A stretch of DNA of 64,000 bases from a virus (taxonomy: Duplodnaviria; Heunggongvirae; Uroviricota; Caudoviricetes). Within the stretch, counting starts at the first letter, position 1, and each line of letters starts with the position of its first letter. Under the pieces are notes generated by a model. It searched no databases. It had not been told where the DNA came from and worked only from the letters and a program-made list of their open reading frames with translations. Shown piece after piece: positions 1 through 8,194 of this stretch. The translations under genes and the position numbers were made by a program. The stretch is from IMG/VR virus record IMGVR_UViG_3300028859_000015; one strand, written 5' to 3'.

Positions 1-1228
1 TCCATAAAATTATGCTTGGTACAGTGTTTTCTTCTTTTTTAAGTCTAGAAATCTCACATAGAACGGGAGCAAAAGCCGTACCACCCGATATGTTTTTGGG
101 AACTTCTTGATATGTCTTAATATCACCTGAAAAGCAAATTTCAGAAGTGTGTAGAATAAGATATACTGGATTTCTGGTGTATTTACAAGTAATTTCTCTA
201 ATAATATTTAGAGCATCATTTAATTGCTCACTTGACATACTTCCAGAGCAATCGAGAACAACCATAAATTTTCTGATTAAGTCTGGGGCAATATCAACCA
301 TAGAAGGAAGTCTTATATTTTTTGGCATCATATGGTCCATTCGAGAACCTCTTCTTGAATATCCATAGTCTTCTGAATTTTCTCTGTCAGTAATGTGCTT
401 TAAAATCTGCCTTAGATTTACTTTTGGAGGCTCAAGAAGCATCTCAAAATCTCTTCCATACTCACTGCCAGACCCAGGAAGCTTATTTGAGTTTTTAGAA
501 GTATAATCTTTTAATTCTGATTTAATAATATCTCTGGCCATTTGTTCTTCTGGAGATAAAGGTTTTCCATTCTCGTCTTTTCCAGAACTTCCATCACCTA
601 CCATATCACCATTTAGAGTCCAACCTTCATAGTCCTTTCCTCTCATACCTACTTTATACATGTCATCATAGGTACCTTCAGCTGAAAGTTTGGCATATTT
701 AGCTGGGTCAAATACAAATTGTTTTTCAAGAACTCCCATAAAACTTGTATAATTAGCATCTGACTTAAAAATACCACTTTCTTTCATTATTCTTGCCACA
801 AACTGATTAATTTGAGCATCTGTAGCTACATTCCAAAGCTTCATATCTCTATGTTGAGCTCTGCCAAAACTATCAAAAACAATATGACCTATCTCATGTA
901 AGATAGTAAAAGAGATACCTAGTTCTGGAGTTTTAAACCATGGCTTGTTTTGTTTAGCTGCCAACATTTCATGAATAGTATATAGTTTAGTAGAAATATA
1001 AATTTTAAAGCTATCAGTAAACGCAAAACTTGGGAATTCTTTTGCTTTATCACTATTATTAATTTCTATATTAATTTGTTGTAAAGCCTGTGAATAGAAG
1101 GGAATCTGTTTTATTATGAATTGTCTTAGACTGGCTAGATTAATGTTTGGAACATTTATATTATCCCAGTCGTCTAAAAGACTCTGGTAGTATGCCTTTA
1201 AATCTGTTGGTGATGTTTTAGCTGCCAT
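1..1228 (-). CDS. HExxH metallopeptidase-like + von Willebrand factor A (MIDAS DCSGS) domain protein; 3' end outside window
   Basis: Minus-strand ORF from ATG 1228 (SD GGAG upstream) with no stop before position 1. Translation contains ILHEIGHIV (HExxH) and VVLDCSGSMSS (vWA MIDAS motif). This architecture commonly partners MoxR-type ATPases. Confidence 0.55.
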   Translation of the reverse strand, partial: MAAKTSPTDLKAYYQSLLDDWDNINVPNINLASLRQFIIKQIPFYSQALQQINIEINNSDKAKEFPSFAFTDSFKIYISTKLYTIHEMLAAKQNKPWFKTPELGISFTILHEIGHIVFDSFGRAQHRDMKLWNVATDAQINQFVARIMKESGIFKSDANYTSFMGVLEKQFVFDPAKYAKLSAEGTYDDMYKVGMRGKDYEGWTLNGDMVGDGSSGKDENGKPLSPEEQMARDIIKSELKDYTSKNSNKLPGSGSEYGRDFEMLLEPPKVNLRQILKHITDRENSEDYGYSRRGSRMDHMMPKNIRLPSMVDIAPDLIRKFMVVLDCSGSMSSEQLNDALNIIREITCKYTRNPVYLILHTSEICFSGDIKTYQEVPKNISGGTAFAPVLCEISRLKKEENTVPSIILW

Positions 1229-1408
1229 TTTTTCTCCATAAAAGGCTAGAGTTAATCTATTTCTATAATTTCAAAATTATTTTTACTTCTATTTCTACGC
1301 TTACATAGTTTAGTAATCCAAAAATTAGCGTTTTCTATTGAAGAAAGTTCAAAATATAAATTTCCAGCATAAAATGTTATATATTCTCCAGAAATTACAT
1401 CTAAAATT

Positions 1409-1627
1409 TTATAGCTTTTCATTAATTTCCTCTATTTCAAACTCCTCCAAAGTTACTTCATAAGATATATCTTTATTATAATCATTCCACGTACCTCCAC
1501 GCTTTGTAACCCAGTTAATATCGTTCTTAATAGACTCCATAGCATCATCATAAGAAATATAAACTAGGTCTGTTCCTGAAAAACTTCTCATATATTGTCC
1601 AGAAGTTATGCATAATATTTTATACAT
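1409..1627 (-). CDS. HIPTG/EFEIIEI small-protein family member
   Basis: N-term MYKILCITSGQYM, C-term EFEIEEINEKL. First copy of tandem array 1. Confidence 0.6.
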   Translation of the reverse strand: MYKILCITSGQYMRSFSGTDLVYISYDDAMESIKNDINWVTKRGGTWNDYNKDISYEVTLEEFEIEEINEKL

Positions 1628-1868
1628 TATCTTCTATCCTTATAATTTCAAATTCGTTCTCATTAGTGACTTGTCCAATATCTACATTTTCATATATCCA
1701 GCAGGGAGATTGTGAATAAGTATATACTATTGACTTAATCCATTCTTGGCAAGCTAATTCAGTATTAAAAGTAGCTTTTCTATTTTTACCAGAATACACA
1801 TATTGCTCTGATGGTATGTGTAAAATAATGTACATATATTTAGAACTTCCAAATATGACTATGACCAA
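1620..1868 (-). CDS. HIPTG/EFEIIEI family member (true start probably internal Met at ~1835)
   Basis: Internal MYIILHIPSEQYVY, C-term NEFEIIRIEDNV. Confidence 0.6.
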   Translation of the reverse strand: MVIVIFGSSKYMYIILHIPSEQYVYSGKNRKATFNTELACQEWIKSIVYTYSQSPCWIYENVDIGQVTNENEFEIIRIEDNV

Positions 1869-2070
1869 TAAATAGTCTTTGAAGTAGTTCTAGCATTTGA
1901 TTTTTCCTTTAGCTATTAGGAGGAAGACTTCTTAATATATAATGCTCTAATGCTTGTATTTTTATATGTAAATCTTGTATATCTGTTTTTAATGCTTGTA
2001 TTTGGTTATTCATTGCTAGACATGAATCTATTAATTTTACCATAGCTTTCATTTCTTGTGGTGTCATTTC

Positions 2071-2313
2071 CTATTCCTCTGTTTTATATTTAATATATGG
2101 ATTTAAAATTTCATCTATTTCTCTCATTGCTGGTGGTAATCCCAAATACATATCTGCTCCTCCTTTACCACCAGATTTCCACAATTTCGGGTCTTTTCGT
2201 ATAGTTTCTAATGTGTTTGTTAGACATTTAGCACAAGGTTTATCATATTTAATATCTCTTGTAGGACCTTGTTGCCAATATTCTCCACAATTATTACATT
2301 TATATGTTGTCAT
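2071..2313 (-). CDS. zinc-ribbon protein (CNNCG...CAKC)
   Basis: 80-aa ORF with two CxxC pairs. Stop/start overlap with neighbours. Confidence 0.4.
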   Translation of the reverse strand: MTTYKCNNCGEYWQQGPTRDIKYDKPCAKCLTNTLETIRKDPKLWKSGGKGGADMYLGLPPAMREIDEILNPYIKYKTEE

Positions 2314-2314
2314 T

Positions 2315-2587
2315 TTATTTCTCCTGTATGGGGTTTGTTTTTATTAGTTCAAATTCAATATAGGATACTGGTTTATAGTTAGAAAATTGTTCACACCTCT
2401 TGTGTTCTGTTCTAATATAATAATCCAAATCTTCATTGTAGTCATTAATAGCATTTATTAAAACCCAATAAGCCTCTGACTTACTTTTAAAATTTTGAGT
2501 ATATACTTCAATATTATAATTATAAATACGCATATATTCTGATGAGGTTAATCTCAATATATTCCAAACTAATTTTTCTTTCTTCAT
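2315..2587 (-). CDS. divergent HIPTG/EFEIIEI-like family member
   Basis: C-term EFELIKTNP. The N-terminus is degenerate but sits in the array context. Confidence 0.45.
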   Translation of the reverse strand: MKKEKLVWNILRLTSSEYMRIYNYNIEVYTQNFKSKSEAYWVLINAINDYNEDLDYYIRTEHKRCEQFSNYKPVSYIEFELIKTNPIQEK

Positions 2588-2833
2588 TTATTCTCCTAGT
2601 TTTATTATTTCAAACTCTTCTTTAGAAATTCCTTCTCCAATATCAGCATTATACTCATTCCAACAAAAAGAATATGTAGAATTTATAGCATGCCACTCTA
2701 AGTTATTATCTATCATTATTTGAGCTTCTTTTTTTGAGTTTAAAAGAATATCACTATTTTTATAGTTTTTTAAATAATGTCCAGTAGGTATATGTAAGAT
2801 TTTATACCTTATCATAAATAACTTCAAATTCAT
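2588..2833 (-). CDS. HIPTG/EFEIIEI family member
   Basis: MIRYKILHIPTGHY ... EEFEIIKLGE. Confidence 0.6.
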   Translation of the reverse strand: MNLKLFMIRYKILHIPTGHYLKNYKNSDILLNSKKEAQIMIDNNLEWHAINSTYSFCWNEYNADIGEGISKEEFEIIKLGE

Positions 2834-3005
2834 TAATTATAAAATTACTCCAATTTATTTGCGGATTCCAATCTATTAAACTTGTTCCAAAGTAGTCTTC
2901 TAAATTATCTATTACTTGTTTAGCTGAAAAATCAGATAAAAACTCCCATGGTGTATCATAATATAGTAGATAAGTCCCAGTAGGTATATGTAAAATTTTA
3001 TACAT
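2802..3005 (-). CDS. HIPTG/EFEIIEI family member
   Basis: MYKILHIPTGTYLLY ... NEFEVIYDKV. Confidence 0.6.
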   Translation of the reverse strand: MYKILHIPTGTYLLYYDTPWEFLSDFSAKQVIDNLEDYFGTSLIDWNPQINWSNFIINEFEVIYDKV

Positions 3006-3008
3006 CTC

Positions 3009-3242
3009 TCATACCTCCACTATCTCAAATAATATCTTGTTTTCTGGTATTACTATATAACTAGCATCTGTTGGATATAGTATAATACGTTCATTTAGTT
3101 TCTCAATAGCTTCTTTTTTTGAATCTACTTCATATATATGATATGAAGATGTATTAGTAATTTCATTAGAACAATATAAATTTCCCTCAGGAAAGAAACA
3201 GTACAAATATTCCCCAGGTTCTATAAATAATATTCTATACAT
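3009..3242 (-). CDS. HIPTG/EFEIIEI family member (MYRILFIE subgroup)
   Basis: MYRILFIEPGEYLYC ... LFEIVEV. One of three near-identical tandem copies. Confidence 0.6.
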   Translation of the reverse strand: MYRILFIEPGEYLYCFFPEGNLYCSNEITNTSSYHIYEVDSKKEAIEKLNERIILYPTDASYIVIPENKILFEIVEV

Positions 3243-3244
3243 AG

Positions 3245-3478
3245 CTATACCTCCACTACCTCAAATAATATCTTGTTTTCTGATATTACTATATAACTAA
3301 TATCTGTTGGATATATTATAATATTTTCATCTAGCTTCTCAATAGCTTCTTTTTTTGAAGCTACTTCATATAAGGAATACAAATTAGAATGAGGGGTATT
3401 ACTTAAGTAATATAAATATCCATCAGTATATAGGCAATATAAATATTCTCCAGTTTCTATAAATAATATTCTATACAT
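3245..3478 (-). CDS. HIPTG/EFEIIEI family member (MYRILFIE subgroup)
   Basis: MYRILFIETGEYLYC ... LFEVVEV. Confidence 0.6.
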   Translation of the reverse strand: MYRILFIETGEYLYCLYTDGYLYYLSNTPHSNLYSLYEVASKKEAIEKLDENIIIYPTDISYIVISENKILFEVVEV

Positions 3479-3480
3479 GG

Positions 3481-3735
3481 CTATACCTCCACTATCTCAA
3501 ATAATAATCTATTATCAGGTATAGTCAATAGAATTTTATTAGCTAGTTCAATCTCTAAAACTTCAGATAGTTTATCAATAGCTTCTTTTTTTGAAGCTAC
3601 TTCATATATTTTAAACTTATAACATATATTCTTAGGAGGATTATTAACTTCATATGAGTAATACAAATTAGCATAAGGGGTATTACTTAAGCAATATAAA
3701 TATTCTCCAGTTTCTATAAATAATATTCTATACAT
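3481..3735 (-). CDS. HIPTG/EFEIIEI family member (MYRILFIE subgroup)
   Basis: MYRILFIETGEYLYC ... LFEIVEV. Confidence 0.6.
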   Translation of the reverse strand: MYRILFIETGEYLYCLSNTPYANLYYSYEVNNPPKNICYKFKIYEVASKKEAIDKLSEVLEIELANKILLTIPDNRLLFEIVEV

Positions 3736-3737
3736 GG

Positions 3738-4010
3738 CTATACCTCTACTATATCAAATAATAACGGATTTTCATCTAAGTAAATATCATTATGAAGTAT
3801 ATCAAGTATAGAAAATGAAGGATACTTAATAGTATCAGTAGCTTCAAATAGTATTTTTGCCTCTTCAATAGTTTTAAATTCCCAAGGAACAAATAGATTC
3901 TGCTCACCATCACCAACTATTTCATAAACAGAAAATTTTGAATCACAGTGAGGAGTGCCAATATATCTATAAATATAATCTCCACTTTCTATATATAATA
4001 TTCTATACAT
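3738..4010 (-). CDS. HIPTG/EFEIIEI family member
   Basis: MYRILYIESGDYIY ... LFDIVEV. Confidence 0.6.
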   Translation of the reverse strand: MYRILYIESGDYIYRYIGTPHCDSKFSVYEIVGDGEQNLFVPWEFKTIEEAKILFEATDTIKYPSFSILDILHNDIYLDENPLLFDIVEV

Positions 4011-4141
4011 AAATATCCACTATATTTCCTAAATAGTTTTTATTGGTTATATATTCTTTTATACCTTCTTTTTTATTTACTGGCTCTACTTTTCTGTAAA
4101 AAGTTATTTCATAATTAGGTATATAATTTGGAAATTGTATA

Positions 4142-4390
4142 TTAGCTATCATATTTATCCTCAATTTCTATTATTTCAAATTCATTTTCTACACATTGTT
4201 GAAAAATAAACCATTTACCAGAGTTTTTCATAGCAATACCTCTTCTAACTATATCGCATACAGTGACTATACAACTATTTCTTAAATTAGTCTTATACAA
4301 GTAAAATTCATGATTTGGTTGTCCACTACAAAGTATACCTAAAAAAGTATATATATATTCTCCAGTGGTTATATGTAAAATACAATACAT
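4142..4390 (-). CDS. HIPTG/EFEIIEI family member
   Basis: MYCILHITTGEYIY ... NEFEIIEIEDKYDS. Confidence 0.6.
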   Translation of the reverse strand: MYCILHITTGEYIYTFLGILCSGQPNHEFYLYKTNLRNSCIVTVCDIVRRGIAMKNSGKWFIFQQCVENEFEIIEIEDKYDS

Positions 4391-4391
4391 A

Positions 4392-4634
4392 TCATTCTCC
4401 TATTCTTATTATTTCAAATTCATTTTTATTGGTTTGATATAAGTTATGAAAAACTGGTTTTGAATTTGATATGTATATTCCTATTTCTACTATCGTTAAT
4501 ATACAAGCATTACACATTTCTATTGAGTTTACTTTAATGATTTTATATAGAGAATTTTTAAGTTCTCCACTATAAAATGTACCACTATAACTATATACAT
4601 ATTCTCCAGTTGTTATATGTAGAATAGTATACAT
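4392..4634 (-). CDS. HIPTG/EFEIIEI family member
   Basis: MYTILHITTGEYVY ... NEFEIIRIGE. Confidence 0.6.
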   Translation of the reverse strand: MYTILHITTGEYVYSYSGTFYSGELKNSLYKIIKVNSIEMCNACILTIVEIGIYISNSKPVFHNLYQTNKNEFEIIRIGE

Positions 4635-4635
4635 A

Positions 4636-4863
4636 TTATTTCTTTATTTCTACAAAGGTAACTTCAGAAAATAAATTATCAAGTCCTGCTGAACTTTCTT
4701 TAATTTCATGATTAAACGTAGTATATCGTAAAGTAGTTAGGATAACTTGTCGTAAAATATCAGCTTTATCAAATTTATCTTCTGGTATATTTCTAATAGT
4801 TATAGGTTTATTATAATAGTCCATAACATAAGTTCCAGTAGGTATATGTAGAATTTTATACAT
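4636..4863 (-). CDS. HIPTG/EFEIIEI family member (divergent C-term)
   Basis: MYKILHIPTGTYVMDY ... VTFVEIKK. Confidence 0.55.
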   Translation of the reverse strand: MYKILHIPTGTYVMDYYNKPITIRNIPEDKFDKADILRQVILTTLRYTTFNHEIKESSAGLDNLFSEVTFVEIKK

Positions 4864-4865
4864 AG

Positions 4866-5084
4866 CTAATCCTCCAGTCTTATTATTTCAAATTCATTTA
4901 TTGCTACAACTGTTCCTATATGTTTGTTATGTTCATTCCAGCCTAGGTAATTTAGTTTAGACAAAGCTAATATACACTTAATCTGTGTAGTTGCTTGTTT
5001 AATACTTTTGTAAATATCATTATTTCCATCACAGTCTTTTAGATATTCTCCAGAAGGGATATGAAGAATATAACATCTTTTCAT
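4866..5084 (-). CDS. HIPTG/EFEIIEI family member
   Basis: CYILHIPSGEYLK ... NEFEIIRLED. Confidence 0.6.
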   Translation of the reverse strand: MKRCYILHIPSGEYLKDCDGNNDIYKSIKQATTQIKCILALSKLNYLGWNEHNKHIGTVVAINEFEIIRLED

Positions 5085-5135
5085 TTAATCCTCATTTCTT
5101 TTATAGAATTAAGTATGTAAATATAAGGAGGTAAT

Positions 5136-5309
5136 ATGTCAGATTTCGTATGGTTTATTATTAGTTTCGTGGCCGGTTTTATTGTTGGTGCTCTTGTTTT
5201 TAAGAACAATGAAAAAATAGTAGCTGCTGATACCGCCAAAGTAAGTTCAGTGGTAGCAGAAGTAAAAACAGTAGTAGCTGATGTTGAAAAAGACGCAAAG
5301 AAACTATAA
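5136..5309 (+). CDS. small membrane protein (57 aa, N-terminal TM helix)
   Basis: SD AAGGAGG 6 nt before ATG. Sequence MSDFVWFIISFVAGFIVGALVF... Below the 60-aa cutoff of the ORF track. Followed by a terminator. Confidence 0.45.
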   Translation: MSDFVWFIISFVAGFIVGALVFKNNEKIVAADTAKVSSVVAEVKTVVADVEKDAKKL

Positions 5310-5327
5310 TAATTAAAATAAAGAAAA

Positions 5328-5370
5328 ATGGTATGAATAGTTTTTTAGGCTATTCATACCATTTTTATAT
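5328..5370. terminator. bidirectional rho-independent terminator between convergent genes
   Basis: 13-bp perfect stem atggtatgaatag/ctattcataccat with a T-rich loop. A-run on one side and T-run on the other. Confidence 0.6.
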
Positions 5371-5387
5371 TTAGCTAACTATTACTA

Positions 5388-6674
5388 TTAGCCAATATTT
5401 GATTGAATTTCAGATTGTCCTGCAGCAGTATCTTTTGCGTAACGAATAATATCCTCGCGAGTTAGACCTTTTTCTTTTGAAACTCCACCGAGAAGTTTAT
5501 TCATAAAATCGGTTGAGAGCTTACTTTCTCTCATTGCCTTTGCTACACTTTGAAGTGTCATAGTGGCAAGTTCCGCTGAAGTGGCATCTCCCATAAAACG
5601 AACACAGTAATGAATACCAGCTAGAAGTTTAAAAGCAGGAGAATTTTCATTATCAATTCGAACTGTAATTCCCTTAGTAGCAGCACTATTTACCTGAGCA
5701 ATACAGTGGTTAATACAGCTCATCATAGTTAGAAACTGAATTGCTACGTTATCCTCAATTTTTTCCTTCTTTGCAGTTAAAGTTCCCTCATAAATTTTCT
5801 CAATGTCAGGAATACGATTCATGTAAGCATAAGTAGTAGCAAACTCTGATGCTGCCTGAATTCCCACAGAACCTTCAACTAGAGGCTTAAGAAGAGAATA
5901 GTCTACCACATTATTTACTTTGGCACCTGATAGAGCATTAATGGACTGTGAAGCAATTGTCCATGAACGAGGGCAAGGAAAGGGTTCATTAGCTCCTGGT
6001 TCTGGAACTTCATAAGCAGAGCCAGGATAGATGCTCCACTTAGCCTGAAGAAACCGGCCAGAAGTTTTCTTATGGAATGCTGTGATAGAAGGATGAATAG
6101 AACCAGTAGCCATTGCGTAGTTGATAAAATCATCTAGTGAATAGTCAATAACAATGTTAATACAACGTGAAATTGTAGGAAAGTTCAAATCATTTGCTAG
6201 ACTATTGGTGCTTGGAGGATTACAGGCAGCAATGATATGAACATCACTATAGTCATCACCACCAATTGACTTAGAAGATAGAAGGTTCTGAACTGCTGCC
6301 AGTGTAGAAGGAGCACAGTTATTAAGCTCATCAAGAAAAAGATGATGCTTACCACGACCAAACATATCAGTTGGAGACATTCTAGTAATATCACGATTGT
6401 CTTCATCCTTCTGAATATTTGGCAGACCATTGGTATCTAGTGGGCCAATCTGAGAAAGAATAACAGTACGAAGCTTACGGGCACAAGAAGCAAACGTAAG
6501 TTCAGTAATTACACTCTTTGCGCAACCCGGCGCTCCCCAAACTATAATAGGAGCGAAATCCCTAGGGTCTGTATTCAATACAACGTTCTTCAAAAACTGC
6601 TCAAATTGCCCAATGGACATCTTTGTGGAGGTGGAGAAGAAATCCTTACTGATTGTTTCAGTTTTGTGAGCCAT
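5388..6674 (-). CDS. MoxR/CobS-like AAA+ ATPase
   Basis: Walker A VWGAPGCAKS, Walker B HHLFLDELNNC. 428 aa. Confidence 0.6.
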   Translation of the reverse strand: MAHKTETISKDFFSTSTKMSIGQFEQFLKNVVLNTDPRDFAPIIVWGAPGCAKSVITELTFASCARKLRTVILSQIGPLDTNGLPNIQKDEDNRDITRMSPTDMFGRGKHHLFLDELNNCAPSTLAAVQNLLSSKSIGGDDYSDVHIIAACNPPSTNSLANDLNFPTISRCINIVIDYSLDDFINYAMATGSIHPSITAFHKKTSGRFLQAKWSIYPGSAYEVPEPGANEPFPCPRSWTIASQSINALSGAKVNNVVDYSLLKPLVEGSVGIQAASEFATTYAYMNRIPDIEKIYEGTLTAKKEKIEDNVAIQFLTMMSCINHCIAQVNSAATKGITVRIDNENSPAFKLLAGIHYCVRFMGDATSAELATMTLQSVAKAMRESKLSTDFMNKLLGGVSKEKGLTREDIIRYAKDTAAGQSEIQSNIG

Positions 6675-6789
6675 TAGTTTTTCCTTTTAGGAGGATTTGA
6701 GGTTAGAGGGCATATCACTTTGATGCCCCTCGCTATGAATTTACTAAAGTTTTTATGACATTTTCCGATACTGTTATTGAGGAGACTGT

Positions 6790-7581
6790 ATGCCAAAAAA
6801 GATAGACTACACTAAATATATCGGTATGAAGTATGGTAATTTAACTATTCAAAGTATAGAAAAGGCTACTTATGGAGGAATGGTAGCTAACTGCCTGTGT
6901 GACTGTGGTAATGTGACAAAAAACACAGCTTTTTATGGATTAATTAATAATAAAATTACTATGTGTAAATCATGCTCAGGAAAAATTAATGGTGCTAAAG
7001 GAATTGTCTCTTTTAGAAACTCTAGTAAATATAATTACTTAATTGGAACAACTGTAAATTATTTTAAAGTATTAAGAAGAGCAACTTATGAAACTGACCC
7101 AACTGCTAAGATAGGTACTTTTGTTTGCCAATGCGTATGTGGAAATATTAGATACTTAGATGCTTATGGGCTAACAAAGGATTTAACTAGAAAATCATGT
7201 GGTTGCCAGTCAGGTAAGTTGCTATCTTTAGCTGCTGGTGGAACTGGTATACCTCATGAAATTTCCTCTATTAATGATTTGATTAGAAAAACTGACAGAT
7301 ATGAACAGTGGAGAACAGCTTGTTTTGAAGCTGCTAATTATACATGTGCTATTTCCGGAATTTGTGGACATTCTCTTAATGTTCATCATATAATTTCTCT
7401 TAAGACTATAAGAGATACATATAATATAACAAAAGAAAATTATACTGAGTTCTATGATGAACTTTTTGATATTAATAATGGTATTGTTTTAACTGAAGAA
7501 TTACACAAGAAACTTCACATAACTTACGGAAAAAACCCAACACCTGAACAACTTAAAGAATTTATGGCTTCTTATCAATAA
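6790..7581 (+). CDS. HNH homing endonuclease with duplicated Cys-rich zinc-finger N-terminal modules
   Basis: C-terminal HNH motif CAISGICGHSLNVHHII...NGIVLTEELHKKLH. Two CxCDCGN...CKSCSG-type repeats. One of the few plus-strand genes, inserted between minus-strand genes. Confidence 0.7.
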   Translation: MPKKIDYTKYIGMKYGNLTIQSIEKATYGGMVANCLCDCGNVTKNTAFYGLINNKITMCKSCSGKINGAKGIVSFRNSSKYNYLIGTTVNYFKVLRRATYETDPTAKIGTFVCQCVCGNIRYLDAYGLTKDLTRKSCGCQSGKLLSLAAGGTGIPHEISSINDLIRKTDRYEQWRTACFEAANYTCAISGICGHSLNVHHIISLKTIRDTYNITKENYTEFYDELFDINNGIVLTEELHKKLHITYGKNPTPEQLKEFMASYQ

Positions 7582-8194
7582 GTTCAAGAAAGTTAAATGT
7601 AGTTTTAAAACATTTTAGTTTGTCATCCTTTTTAAGCTCCTCAATAGTTTCCTTGACAATGGTTGTATTATCCATGTTAAGGATTTTTGCTATCCACTCA
7701 AGTAAATCAGAGTCTACTGAGAATACCAAAGAAAGTGGGATGCTTGTATCTTGGGCAGTCTTATCAGAGCCATCAATACATGTATATTCTGTTGGCATTA
7801 CATCTTCGTCAAAAATACAATTTTCTGCTAATTTTTTTGTAAGCATCATGTCATAAACAGATATACCATCTTCTGCTAAAGTTTTCATTTTTTCTTCATC
7901 TAGATTTAACATATCTTTTAGCTTTGTCTTATCTAAGAGAAATGTCTTAGAAGTCATCATCTCATCAACTACTCTAGTATCTTCTAAATCAGCTACTAAA
8001 TTAGACGTCTGATTGAAGGCACCTACAAAAAACATCTTATCATTAAATACATCTGATGAGATTTGACTAAAATCAGCAATACCATTATCGCCTATAACAA
8101 GAGTATTATATAGCCAATTAGAAAGAACAAATAATCCTAAGGTATATCTAACTGTAAATTTAGGATTACTCGTTAATTGTTCCAGATTCTCCAT
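7562..8194 (-). CDS. hypothetical protein (first gene of a seven-gene overlapping operon)
   Basis: 210-aa ORF. Its start overlaps the end of the 802-aa ORF. Confidence 0.45.
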   Translation of the reverse strand: MENLEQLTSNPKFTVRYTLGLFVLSNWLYNTLVIGDNGIADFSQISSDVFNDKMFFVGAFNQTSNLVADLEDTRVVDEMMTSKTFLLDKTKLKDMLNLDEEKMKTLAEDGISVYDMMLTKKLAENCIFDEDVMPTEYTCIDGSDKTAQDTSIPLSLVFSVDSDLLEWIAKILNMDNTTIVKETIEELKKDDKLKCFKTTFNFLELIDKKP

